DNA from: Pavona decussata | Lineage: Eukaryota | Direction of reading: 5' to 3' | NCBI GenBank assembly: GCA_977016875.1 | Contig: CDRNST010000118.1 | Location: 2,356,001 to 2,420,000 of the forward strand | Length of the DNA stretch: 64,000 bases | Shown: positions 1 to 11,757 of the stretch, piece after piece | How the letters are laid out: each line of letters opens with the position of its first letter | How positions within the stretch are numbered: position 1 is the stretch's first letter | Program-made: the position numbers and the translations under genes | The notes under the pieces: model-generated | Told to the model about the DNA's origin: nothing | Seen by the model: only the letters and a program-made list of their open reading frames with translations | The model's database searches: none

Positions 1-1104
1 TATTAAAATTTTGAAGATTAGCCACGGGCTTATATGCCAAAGGGCTGTCTTGGTGAGAGATTTGGAGAGCTTATAACTGGGAAGACGAGAGAGCTTTATT
101 TGCGCAATTTTACGGTAGTGGATTTAACGATGGTTTACAAACATTTTTACTTCGTATAACGTACCTATGAGAGCACTGCAAGTTTACATTGGTGTCTGTC
201 ATTCCAATTTTTATTGATTTCTATAATAAGTTTAAAATAAAAATTGCATCATTGTTATACAATAAATTACCGTAAGATTGTAAGGGAGATCTGGTAAACT
301 AGTGCGAATGCTTATAGCTTCGCGCTACAAAGAAATGCGAATTCATCTCAAAACTGTTACTTGTATGCAGTTAGAAACTAGTTGACTAAAATATAGATAC
401 AAAAGTTAGTTAGCTCTGATATATTATATGTTTTTACTATTTTGTTGACCTTTACGTTATTATTATTAGTAGTCACAACTTTAATTAGTTTTTGTTCTCC
501 CGTGAAGATTTCAATAGCCATCTTCCAGTGAGCCGTTTTCAAACGTATCAGTTGTCACTTTGCCAAAAACGTAACAAAATATTTTCGTCCACACAAGCAT
601 TGACGTGTCTTTTTCACCAGTTCACACAAAGCGTTTTTGTTTGAAAAAAAAAAAAAAGAAAAAAACGAAGTAAAAGTTCTTTACTACCGTGAAGTGATCT
701 TAATTATCATAGAATTTGGCGAACCTTTGCTTTGAATTTCTCGAAGAATTAGAAGTGGTTTGAAAAGCTATAGATGAAACACTGAAAGAACGTTTCATCT
801 GACTTCCAAACATCTCTAAGTTGGTTTAAAAACCTCGACTGCACCTCGTTCATTCAAGCTACTCCTCGGTGTTTGAGAATCGGATGAAACACTCTTCCTT
901 GCGCTGTTATTGTTGTTGTTGTTTTCTTTTCTTTTTCTTTTCTTTTTTTTTTTTTTTTTGCGTGTTATTGAATTCTTACATTGTTTTAAAATATTAGGAA
1001 TTGACATACATCTTACATAAAATAACACATTCACTGGCAAACAAACACACTACACTGCATACGCGCTTGGTAAATAAAAACATAATGATTGTTTAAAAAA
1101 ACCC

Positions 1105-1391
1105 GCCGTTACACGTTGAAACTTTGAGCTGAAACTTGTGTGCAACGGCGCTGCGAAACAAGTTTCAGCAGGCGATGCACCGTGTAACATGGTCGGTTTT
1201 GTGAAACTTTTTCGAACTTCCGTTGCGAGACAAGTTTCACGAAAAGTAGAACCGCTTTCTACTTCTGCAACGGCTTGCAACGGTTGCAGTGGTGAAAAAA
1301 GAAAAGTTTCACCGTGTAACAACACTTCGTGAAACTGGTCTCGTTCGCCGTTGCACACAAGTTTCAGCCAAAATTTTCAACGTGTAACTGC
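1105..1391. mobile_element. MITE (non-autonomous DNA transposon) with ~45-bp terminal inverted repeats
   Basis: gccgttacacgttgaaactttgagctgaaacttgtgtgcaacggcg ... cgccgttgcacacaagtttcagccaaaattttcaacgtgtaactgc. It is absent at the paralogous site near 44800 (aaaaaatga|ttcatttaatgg). Confidence 0.85.
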
Positions 1392-1779
1392 CCTACTTCA
1401 TTTAATGGACACTGAATTTATTGTGCGATTTAGCAATTCTACTTTCGAGTTGATAGATTGGAGCGATCTTTGACAAGAGGACCTGAAAAGACGGTTTTTA
1501 AATAGTGTTATTTCTACAACAGTAGACAATATTATATTGTTTTAAAATAATTATTAAATGATTCATCAATAGAAAATCCTCATTCCTAGTCCATAAACCA
1601 AACATTTTATCAACATCAGAAAGTGATTGTATCCTAATATTGTTGCTGTTGCACCAAATAATCAAGTCTGTCCAAAGTAGTTTAATAATAAGGCATGAAA
1701 TGAGCAAACGTTCGAGGGATTTGTCCTTAAGTGCTACAAAAGGAGAAACTTGACGAGCTGATTTTACCCATTTTCTTGA

Positions 1780-2275
1780 GGAGGCTGTTCGTTACTAGGT
1801 ACCTATTTAATATTTTATATTAAAACTCTCTTGATCTTGTGTCTAAAACTACTTTAAGTGGCAACTTGTAAATTTCATTCCACTCCAGGTGATCATCTTT
1901 AAAGATCTCTGTATACAGGTATTTCAATGGTTGCGATTTTTGAAGTAAATTCCTGACAGATCCTTCAAGAGGAAGCTTTGCTTGACCTATGAGATTCACT
2001 AGAATTTGCTTTTTGAGACCAAAATCTTCTTTTCTGATAAAGTTTACTTTTCTTCCGAATATGTTTATGTCATTGCAGTCGGTGGAATAGCATCCACTAC
2101 TGCCATAAGCTCAAAAACGTCAACCGGAGAAAACTTAGACCAAATCAAACTACCCGTTGTAATAAATCGATTTTGTCTCAGTCACTAAATCCCCTCTTTA
2201 GGCTAATAATGTGTTAAAGAGGGACTCACCACTAACACAAATAAGCTTATTGTTCCATATGACTGTTTCTGCTAT
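1780..2275 (-). mobile_element. Degraded L1/Tx1-like non-LTR retrotransposon ORF2 fragment (copy A)
   Basis: Paralog of 45190-45670. The minus strand reads VIWNNKLICVSGES... and LEWNEIYKLPLKVVLDTRSREF*YKILNRYL, with stops. Confidence 0.55.
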
Positions 2276-2522
2276 CTGATGATAAATCATTTTTACACTT
2301 TGTAAGTTTTGTTCCTTAATATATTATTAAAAGAGTATTATATTAATAATTTTTTTAACCTTAGGCCGCTATCTTGATCACAATCATCTTATGTTAAATG
2401 AGACTGACAAGTTTCAATTCATCATAAACTGTGAATTCCTGGACGAAAAAAAATCGTTTTCTGTGAAATGTGATCTGCGCTCTTCACCCTCTCCACTTCA
2501 CCGTCTTTAACATGTTATTGAA

Positions 2523-2861
2523 TCATTTGGTTTTCACGAAAAAAAATCTCAGTAAAATAGCAAATACCACAACTAACAAAACTAGAACCTTCCAGTACAT
2601 AGCACTGGTTTCACTACCCCTGCCCTCTTTCTGAGGCAAGCTACGGGTCTTGGTCCCGTAAATCACATTGCCAGGGGCATCTTCAATGGCTTTCTTGCCT
2701 CCTGCCCAAGTACCAGGTCCCAAGAGGCGATATTGTACGGGTGTACAAAGACCAAAACAGCACCTTAAGGCCAAAGCAGGATCTCTAAATAAGAGCCACC
2801 ACAAGTCTGGCTTGCAACCAACCTCATTGGCTATTTCATCACAGTAGGGAACGTAGTCAAC
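2523..2861 (-). pseudogene. Orphan duplicate of the FMO terminal exon (VDYVPYCDEIA... to C-terminal membrane anchor)
   Basis: Near-identical to FMO exon 3 (45939-46265) with an intact tttatcacag acceptor. The duplication breakpoint at ~3585 excludes exon 2. FGPCTP has become FGLCTP. Confidence 0.85.
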
Positions 2862-3369
2862 CTGTGATAAAAACGAGAAAAAAAGGGAATACAGTGTATC
2901 CCCAAATACTGCCTGCAAGCAAGCTTGCTAGGGTGTGGGGTCAGGGAGTGGGGGAGATAAAGAGAGCTTATAAGGAAGTCTCAAAGTTTAGAACATTTGA
3001 GCTCAAAAAGTTTACCCAAAAAATGTCAGTTGGTGGAGATTAATTCATTGATGGCATCCTAATGTTTTGCATTGGCTGGAAGTGACGAAAAACAAAATGG
3101 TGGAAGGGTTCTCTCCCTCCTTCCCTCCCTCCCTCCCTCCCTCCCCTCCTCCCACCCTAAGAGAGCTTGCAGGCTAATTTCCATAAGGGAGGCAGTTCTG
3201 CATGCCATTCTTGTGACAAGGTTGATGCAACATCTTTCTTATTACATGATCAAGCTAAAACTTTTAGCTCCTTTCTATCTTTATCACAACACAGTATGCT
3301 GTGGACAATACTGGACATTGCTGATCCTTCATATAGCAGCTAAGAAGGTTGTGTTTCTCGTATGGATAT

Positions 3370-3470
3370 CCCAGTAGCTGAGAGGTTAGAGCATCAAAAC
3401 AGTGTTCATAAGGTCTTGGACTTGTCACACTCAGGCACTAAGATGCTTCCTTGTCCCAATCCAGTCGTGT
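3370..3470 (+). mobile_element. Degraded tRNA-derived SINE head (copies at ~23860 and ~46678)
   Basis: A-box-like gtagctgag(a/t)ggttagagc followed by a decayed B-box region; cannot fold as a full tRNA. Confidence 0.4.
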
Positions 3471-5609
3471 GAAAAGGTTGTAATAACCGGACCAACCATT
3501 GTTTTAAAAATTCATTTGACCATATAACTGCAGAGGTTTAAAGGGCTTGCCTCAAAAAAGTGAGGTCTAGAAAGAGAACACAACTTCCTTTTAAAAAGGT
3601 CACAGATCTAACTAAGTTCTTTTAAGCCCCCCCCCCCCCCCCCCCGTCCCCGCGGGGGGCTTATTTGTTTTTTGGCCTATTTTGTGTTTTTCTTTTAGAG
3701 GTGGGGTGGTGAGGTTTGTGGCATTCTATCCAGCCAATTGTAATTTTTACTTAGTCCCCATTTGGAATGAAAAAAAAAAAAAAAAGGAAGGAGACGAAAA
3801 GAAAAGTAAGCTCACACCAAATAAATGGAGTTTCTATTTTCACCACTGCAAATCATTTCAGTGAACATCAGACTACTAGCATCTGACTCCTTCATTAAAT
3901 AGGTGTCTCCCCTTTTGAAGCCATTTTCTTTTTTGGATGCCTTCTCCCTAGAAATTCAGCTTAATCACCCCACTCACTGGTGTCTGCCACGGCATGGTAA
4001 ATTGAAACTTCTGGAGGACTGAGCTTTTGGAGTATACTTGAAACACCTTAAGATCTTCCTTATTACAACAAAAGTTTGAGTTTAGAACCAGTTGCCCAGT
4101 GTCAACATTTTGCTAGGCATAAAACTGGCCTGGGGCATAAAAATAAGGCCATTAGATAGCTGCTACAACAGGGTCTGATTAGGAATTTATTGAAAATCAC
4201 TGCCGGGTTCCATTCCCGGACCGGCATCATATGCCGGTTGAGTTTTTTGTTGGATCGTGTCCTTGCTGCGAGGTACTCCTACCCATCAAGATGGCATCAA
4301 AAACCGTGATAAGGTCTATTTGTAATCGTTTGACCGAGAGTGGAGTTTGCACGCTTAACGAATTTCAATCTTACTCAGCATTTAGGCTTCTTTAAGTTTT
4401 ATATGACAAGGTTGTTGCAGTTTGCTCTAAGTGCTAACATTTGCTGATCAAGACAAAGCTTCTTATCCTATTAAATTTATTAAACATACACAAGACGGGA
4501 GATGATTACTCCCATCTCAGACATTTTAATTATTAATTTAAAACTAAAAAAAAGAAATATGTTCCAGTTGCTTCTCCTTTGGCTTGATCAGCCCGTCCTA
4601 ATTTATTTGAAAACACACGATAACAGAGAAAAGTTTAATAGTGTTTTTCACGGTTTTGTCGAATTTAGTTACAACGCTTTCTTATCTAGACAACATGACA
4701 AGGCAGCAGATGATAAATATTATTCAAAGATCTGAGAAGACAACTGCAAATCTTCATAACTGAAGGAAAAGATACAATTTCGAGTTAACCCAATAACATT
4801 TCATTTTTTCAAGCCTAACAAATGTGATCGTTGGAGGGGTCGAAGTTGGAAAAAATGAACTTTTCCTGTTCGCTTTCTTTTGTGCATCCGGTTTGCGATA
4901 TAACATAAGATTCTCTAAATTAATCCATTGGGGGGGAGGAGTTGACTGTTTTAAACCGTCAACTTACTGTTTCAAGATGTTTTTATTGTTAAACTAGATC
5001 AAAAAATCTTCCAATATAAATAGTCTATTGAACGCTTCCAAGCTCAGGGTTTATATTCCAAATCTTGCGGTAAATCGATGAAAAGAACTTTCCTTTCCGT
5101 CTCTCTTAACTCATTAGCTACCTAAATTACAGATGGCGTTCTCTTTGAACAATTACTTTCATTTGCAAATTGTTTGTGAATTTTAAATGAACTCAACTCA
5201 AAAGGGTTTAGTTAGAACCAAACTAAAGGAAACCCCACATCTTTCAAGTGTGTTTATTGTGTTTATCAAAAGTTATTTCAATCTTTTGTCACCCAAATAT
5301 GGACTTTTAGAATAAAACCTTTCCCGTATTTGAGAGTTGTGAGCTTATTTTTCCAAGCGATAAAACGGCAATTACTGGCGAAGAAACAAATGTTTTCGCT
5401 TCTCGTGTGGCTGAGGATTTTTCGATCACCCTTGTCTCTGAACTGACTTACTTACCGCCGGTAAGATGACTGTTTACAATTTAGGCTGGCACTTAGGCTA
5501 ACAGCACTTCACCATTTGAATAAAACTATGGCAGATCAGAAAAAAAACGGGAGATATTAACCTGGGTATGAAACAGCCGCTTTAAACTGAACAAAACATT
5601 TCGTAACTC

Positions 5610-6557
5610 TTAACTTGATGAACAAAATAGTTTTCTGATTATCTCCTTCGCTGCTTGTCTGACTTCTGAGATCTTCCAGCAGTAAAGAAATGGGTTTAAT
5701 GACGAGTTGAAATAAACTAAAGTTAATGTAAATGAGTATGCAAGAAAAGTAGTTGAAGACAGTTCACCTCGTGCTGCTCCCTGAATTACAAACGGACCCA
5801 TTAAAGTAGCTGGTAAATAACAAAGAACTAATGTTAACTGCAACCACAACGCAGTGGACACTGTCTTTCTGTATCGCGCAATGTTTTGTGGAATTGTGTA
5901 GTTTGGTTGTCCTTGAATATTGTCTTGTGCTTGAGTTGGATGATGACGCAGCCTGAGAAAAATCCTTGTGTAACAGTAAATCGAGGTAACTAGACAGAGT
6001 AGTGCAATTGTGTAGATATACCATAATGATATTAATTCATTCCAAAGGTACGCTATGGAACCCAGAAAAGAAAAAACCCAAAAAGCAATCACAGCTACAT
6101 ATGTTCGCTTTAAAGTTACAACTTGTCTGTATCTGAGCCCTAACAACAGGGCGAGAAGTCTGTCCACACCTATGGCAGACAATGTCAACAAAGACACTAA
6201 ACCAAAAAAACACCCCGTTATAAATGCTACAGCAAATGTAAAACGACAAATATTCCATCGTTCGTTCACCATAGACATCCAGAAGATAACACGAATGGGT
6301 TCCACGATGATACCAACACAGAGATCCGTTATCGCCAGGCTGCGAAACAACAGTTTGGAGGGCGGATGAAGCGACCTTTCCTTGTGAAGGGCGACGAGAA
6401 TCAGAGTATTTCCCAGAAATGCAGTAATGGAAAGAAAAATGTTTAACACTGAAAGGATTATCAGCTGGTTGTGTACACCTCCAGTTAATTCTGCCGAGCA
6501 GTGCAGTTCTTCGTATGATTTGTGTATTGCGTCTCCAGTAAAGTTTTTCATCGCCAT
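5610..6557 (-). CDS. Intronless class A (rhodopsin-like) 7TM GPCR, array member 1 (315 aa from MAMKN)
   Basis: TM1 GN (FLGNTL), TM2 LAxxD (SLAITDL), TM3 DRL in place of DRY, TM6 CYLP, TM7 NPFLY. Start chosen by alignment to paralogs; the ORF track extends to 6614. Confidence 0.93.
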   Translation of the reverse strand: MAMKNFTGDAIHKSYEELHCSAELTGGVHNQLIILSVLNIFLSITAFLGNTLILVALHKERSLHPPSKLLFRSLAITDLCVGIIVEPIRVIFWMSMVNERWNICRFTFAVAFITGCFFGLVSLLTLSAIGVDRLLALLLGLRYRQVVTLKRTYVAVIAFWVFSFLGSIAYLWNELISLWYIYTIALLCLVTSIYCYTRIFLRLRHHPTQAQDNIQGQPNYTIPQNIARYRKTVSTALWLQLTLVLCYLPATLMGPFVIQGAARGELSSTTFLAYSFTLTLVYFNSSLNPFLYCWKISEVRQAAKEIIRKLFCSSS

Positions 6558-6599
6558 GTTACTGCGGTGTGTGCTTGATTCTAAGCAATTCAGTTTTAT

Positions 6600-6745
6600 T
6601 GTTCCTTTATACATTAAACATTGACGACAAAATGTCTTTGCTAAACCAAACTCATTTTAAATTAACTAAGCACGTCTATTGAAACATTGGCGACAAAATG
6701 TCTTTGCTATACCAGACTCATTTCAAATTAACTCAGAACATTTAT
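6600..6745 (-). promoter_or_regulatory. Conserved GPCR upstream module: TATA-like box plus tandem ~65-bp motif
   Basis: Minus-strand TATAAAG ~50 nt above the ATG, then two copies of cattgrcgrcaaaatgtcttygctawrccaaactcatttcaaattaact. The same module precedes every array member. Confidence 0.45.
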
Positions 6746-8848
6746 TGTGCCTCTTTGATTGTCAGATCACTATCGTGCAGATGTTCACTTTAGGTAAGTC
6801 AAAATTAAAAATTTCCTACTACATTCTCCTTAATCATCTGGAAGCTGAAATGCCGTAAAATTTTAAGTATGAGCTCTTGACTTCAGTTTGTTCATTGGTC
6901 TTTTTAGTGACATATTTTCGGAGATCGCTTGTTTTAGGAGGCCGCTCATTGTAACTAGAGAGAATTATGCGTGCACTTGAGAACAAACAAAACTTAAAAC
7001 CCCTTGCAATAATCATGATATTTACAGCTTAAAACACTAACATTAGCAGTCTAAAAGCTTATATTCATGAGGGATAATAATAGGTGGAATATATTTTTCC
7101 CAAATTTTAGGAGATTCTATTTTGGTGGGCTTATTTTCTCAGGGGCATATGTTTGAAATCAGTTTTACTGTGATATCGGGATATGTCGTATACGTATTGT
7201 ATTTGAAGACGAAGACAACACCTTTTAATTCCAGAAAAACTTTCATCGCTTATGTAAATTAATCTTTAAGGATGGCTTTCATAGATCTTAGTATGTTTCT
7301 CGTTTAATTTCCTTGTCGTTACTTGATATGGCGAGAAACAATTAATTGGTTAACTTAATCCTGAAAAGTTGATTTCAAACTAATGGATTTTATAGGCTCT
7401 TTTTGTTGTGATCATTTCACAATATTTTAATTGATCAGCAGATATTACCAAGTATAGCAAATTGAAACAACTTTTTCAAGTAAAACTGAAGAAGCCCAAA
7501 TAAAAGTCAGATAGGAACTAATAAAACTCCACTTTCGGCTCAAACAAATTGTCACGCGGCAGTTTGCAGGAGAATTAAAAGTAAAAGATTCCTGTTATGT
7601 TAAACCCTCGCCTTCAAGAACAGTAGTATTAAAACGTATTTCACACTAGTCTCTGAACATGAATACCTTCTATTTTCTGTTTGCTATTCTCACTGTCTAA
7701 ATAAGCACGAAACTAGCCTGCGCTCTACGCGGTAATTTAAAGTCAATGCCACCCGTGTTTCGTTGGACTTTATCTCGCTATTTAAACAAACCATTCCTGC
7801 TCTTTAGTCCTTCTCACCAAATTACGCCGTTCTTGGATATAAGAATGTTTTTTTTTTTTTCTTTTTATCCACCCACCTCCCCTTCGGCGACGCGTCTTAC
7901 TTTTCCTTTCTCTGTCCTACGATCCTCTATCTTTGCAAAATCTCACCTCCCATATCTTAATTAAGCAAAGGCAATGAGTCATGTAATGACAGCCCGTGAA
8001 AATGGTTTACTAATTTTTGCGATCGTTTACTGTAGGATGAAGTAGTTAATCTCACTTTGCATGATTTTGGAAATATACTCACTTGATTAAGTTGTTTTTG
8101 GTTGAGACATTTTGGCTCCGTTTTTTGAAACACCTTTATGAATTAGCTTTAGAGGAAATAGGTTCGCGAAATGGCTTGTCGCATGACATTTGGAATGGCA
8201 TAATAATGCGAAATGCGGAATGACTTATACAAATAAATTGACTGAAGAGCGCATCCTGTTTTCCCGCCAATTTTATAAGAGCAGCAGCTTTTTTGATGTT
8301 GCGTACTTTATACGATGCTAATTATCATTTCAATCTGCAGGATATTTTTGTCAGGTAGTAAAAATCTTTGTTATGCATTTACAATTGGAAAAGACGTATA
8401 TTCACCTAAAGAAAAGATGCAACCCACTTAGATTTTCTATGACTTTCTATGACATCCACTTTTCCATTTTAAAATTTTCTATGTTTAAAACATGTTAAAA
8501 GCAATCAAGTAATGTGTGCCAGCATAAATTCAGGATCACCTAGCGGTTGAATGAGAAGTTTGACTCAATCTGTTAAGGAAATCTGGAGTTTTCTTCGGCA
8601 AAATGTCGGCTCAGAATTTCCATATACTGGAAAATTAATTTCGTTCGTTCTAAAGCCGGAGGCAAATCTGTCATCATAGTACGCAGAAAATTTACCTAGT
8701 AATTTCGTAAAGCTAATAACAGCTCGTAAATATTAATTCTGGAAATAATATTGTTCTATTGCATAAAAGAACTTTCTGCAAGTTAAATTTTAAATTTCAG
8801 CAACTGAGCAGATCAGACTATGATAGCTTACGCAAATAAATAAATAAA

Positions 8849-9169
8849 ACAGGACGAAATGCCGAGAATCCAAAAACTGAAACGTTGAGGAAACGCGTGA
8901 CAACGTCGCGGAAACACAAAGGCTAACGTAAATCTAACGTAAATCCGTTGACAGAAACGTAACGCAAACAGACAACGACGGAAATCTAACAAAATAAATG
9001 TAACGGAAACATGATACAACGTTTTCGTTCAAGAAACATGACGGAAACGTGACACATACCGAATGGATGAGTTCTGTACGTTTCCGCAACACGGAAACGT
9101 GACGTAAATGAGCATTTTCATGTTACCGTCAGGTTTAAGAAATAACGGAAAATTGAATTTCCGTCCTGT
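8849..9169. mobile_element. Putative MITE with short TIRs and internal acggaaac/aacgt sub-repeats
   Basis: acaggacgaaa ... tttccgtcctgt. Copy at 29472-29794 and a partial copy at ~12185-12377. No clear TSD. Confidence 0.5.
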
Positions 9170-10809
9170 CTCAGGGACTTATGTTTGTAATTTCATGGTG
9201 ATACCATGATATAAATATTGTATACTTATTGGGAGAGTGGTCAAAATATTTGAATTCTGGGAAAACATTGACCTGTTTACAAGCAAATTCATGATCTTCA
9301 AAGATGGTTTTGGTAGATCTTCATGTTTCTGCTTATATTGCTAGTCATAACTTGTCACAGCGACAAACGCTTAATTGGTCAACTTTTGATGCTAAAAACT
9401 TGTTCTCAAGCTCAAAATCTGAAATCATGAAAAGTCTTTCAAAACAACAGTTTGATCATTATGACCAAGTCTTCGTATCTGACGAGAAAGATGAATTTCC
9501 ATGCAGCTGATCCAATAACCTTTCATTTTTAAGAAAATTAAAGCTTTGTTGTTCGCCTCTCGTTTGCGATATAATATAAAATTCAGAATATTATCATCAT
9601 CAGCCGCCGAAAAGTAGCAGACCGTCAAATCCTACCGATACCTACCGCTGATTTTAAGCTCTAAGCTGTTCGCTTAGAGTCTCAAGGTGTATTTATAGTT
9701 AAACTAGGCCAATTGTGAAGCGCAAAAATTGCTCCCATAGTATTAAAATTTTAAAAGTGCTTTGAACACTTACGGATGAAGTTCTCTTTAAATAGTTATG
9801 TTTGTTTATTTTACGAATTATTTTTGAATTTTAAATGCACTCCGATCGATAGTGTTTAGTTAGAAGCAAGCAAAAGAAAACCGCACATCTTTCAAGTGTG
9901 TTTATCAAAAGTTACTTCAATCTTTTGTTATCCAAATATAGACTTTAACAATAAAACGTTTACCGTTTTCAAAGTTTGTGGGCTTATTTCTCCACCCAAT
10001 GAAATGGCAATTGCCATGTGTTACAAAGAAACAAATGCTTTCGTGCATGTTGCTTAGCACTTTTAGATCATTTTCAACTAACTTTCTTACGGTACCGTCT
10101 TAACTTTAGATGACTAGGTGTGTAACTGGATGACTTCACTTTAACAAACTTGGTGACTGTTTAAAATTTAGGCTGGCACGTTAAGGTTTCCAATACAGAG
10201 GATCTACAAATAATGGTAGATCGCGGGTTGCATTTTTTAGAAAAAAAAGAATCCCTTTTTTATACTACAAAAACGAATGGATAAACGGACGAACGGCGAA
10301 AACTCTTTAAAAACCACTCTCAGAAGGCCTTTTCCTGGGGAAGCACTCGTTGGCTTCGGGAAGGACCGGAATCTATAATACCGCAAGCAAATATCTCTGA
10401 GACAGTAAATCTACAAAGACCTTGACTCCAACGTAGAGTTTAATGCCAATACAATAACCAAAGAAAATCTTACAAAGCACTTGTATTTAAACCTAAGCTA
10501 GCACTAGCTGCCTGGGGAAGCGATACGAATTAGATCCGATAGCTTGAATACTTATTATAGTTATGATCAGTTGTAGAAACAGTTTACGCCTACATGAATA
10601 CAACAGGTTGTGCTTGCGGTTTATTGAACATGAAACTAAAGAACCTAATACTTTCTACGTTGGCTTTTATATTTTTATCAGCGAAAGCAAAATACACTTA
10701 TGTCTATAAATCTTCTCCAAGTATTACAAATAGTATGAGCAACAGCGCAGATACCGCTTTAAGCTGAGCTTAGCTACCGATTTTCAAGATACAAAACGCT
10801 TCCAAACTC

Positions 10810-11757
10810 TTAACTTGACGAACAAAATAGTTTTCTGATTGTGTCTTTCGCTGCTTGTCTGACTTCTGTGATCTTCCAGCAGTAAAGAATTGGGTTTAAT
10901 GACGAGTTGAAATAAACTAAAGTATAAGAAAATTGGAATGCAAGAAATGTAGCTAAAGACATTTCATTTCGACTTCTTCCCAGAATTACCAATGGACCCA
11001 CTAAAGTAACTGGTAAATAACAAACAACTAATGTTAACTGCAACCACAGTGCAGTGGACACTGTCTTTCTGTATCGCGCAAAGTTTTGTGGAATTGTTTG
11101 GTTTGGTTGTCCTTGAACATTGTCTTGAACTTGTGTTTGATGATGACGCAGCCTGAGGAAAATCCTTGTGTAAGAGTAAATCGAGGTAACTAGACACAGT
11201 AGTACAATTGTGTAGCTATAGTATGATGATATTAAGTCATTCCAAAGGATCACTATGGAACCCACAAAGGAGAAAACCCAGAAAGCAATCACAGTTACAA
11301 ATGTTCTCTTTAAAGTTACAACTTGTCTGTATCTGAGCCGTAACAACAGGGCGAGAAGTCTGTCCACACTTATGGCAGACAATGTCAACAAAGACACTAA
11401 ACAAAAATAATACCCCGATATAGTTACTACAGCAAATGTAAAGCGACAAATATTCCATCGTTCATTCACCATAGAGATCCAGAAGGTAACACGAATGGGT
11501 TCCACAATGATACCAACACAGAGATCCGTTATTGCCAGGCTGCGAAACAACAGTTTGGAGGGCGGATGAAGCGACCTGTCCTTGTGAAGGGCGACGAGGA
11601 TCAGAGTATTTCCCAGAAATGCAGTAATGGAAAGAAAAATGTTTAACACTGAAAGGATTATCAGCTGGTTGTGTACACCTCTGGTTAATTCTGCCGAGCA
11701 GTACAGTTCTTCGTATGATTTGTGGATAGCGTCTTCAGTAAAGTTTTTCATCATCAT
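10810..11757 (-). CDS. Intronless class A 7TM GPCR, array member 2 (315 aa)
   Basis: Intact ORF with GN, LAITD, DRL, CYLP and NPILY motifs. Confidence 0.93.
   Translation of the reverse strand: MMMKNFTEDAIHKSYEELYCSAELTRGVHNQLIILSVLNIFLSITAFLGNTLILVALHKDRSLHPPSKLLFRSLAITDLCVGIIVEPIRVTFWISMVNERWNICRFTFAVVTISGYYFCLVSLLTLSAISVDRLLALLLRLRYRQVVTLKRTFVTVIAFWVFSFVGSIVILWNDLISSYYSYTIVLLCLVTSIYSYTRIFLRLRHHQTQVQDNVQGQPNQTIPQNFARYRKTVSTALWLQLTLVVCYLPVTLVGPLVILGRSRNEMSLATFLAFQFSYTLVYFNSSLNPILYCWKITEVRQAAKDTIRKLFCSSS

Larger units (their letters stand above)
1..9200. repeat. Segmental duplication copy A (paralogous to 20488-~29800; first ~3.6 kb also to 43703-~46890)
   Basis: The sequence at position 1 (tattaaaattttgaagattagcc) recurs at 20488 and 43703. 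Near-identical colinear sequence continues for ~9 kb versus copy B, and the ORF track shows the same ORFs twice. Confidence 0.95.

Noticed and set aside
1050-1358. 102-aa and 64-aa ORFs
   Set aside because: They lie within a palindromic MITE and are disrupted in the duplicate copy at 21.6 kb.
3072-3377. 101-aa ORF duplicated at 23562
   Set aside because: It spans a (CCCT)n microsatellite in FMO intron-derived sequence, starts at a non-ATG codon and is not preserved in the parental copy.
6558-6614. 19-aa N-terminal extension of GPCR members 1 and 4 (MYKG...)
   Set aside because: The ATG overlaps the TATA-like box (ATGTATAAAG versus ATATATAAAG in other copies) and is absent from members 2, 3 and 5.
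5764-6624. Recurring alternative-frame and antisense ORFs in each GPCR (MEYLS..., MSSYLD..., MERKMF..., MEPRK...)
   Set aside because: They recur only because the host genes are close paralogs. They have no independent motifs and their lengths vary.
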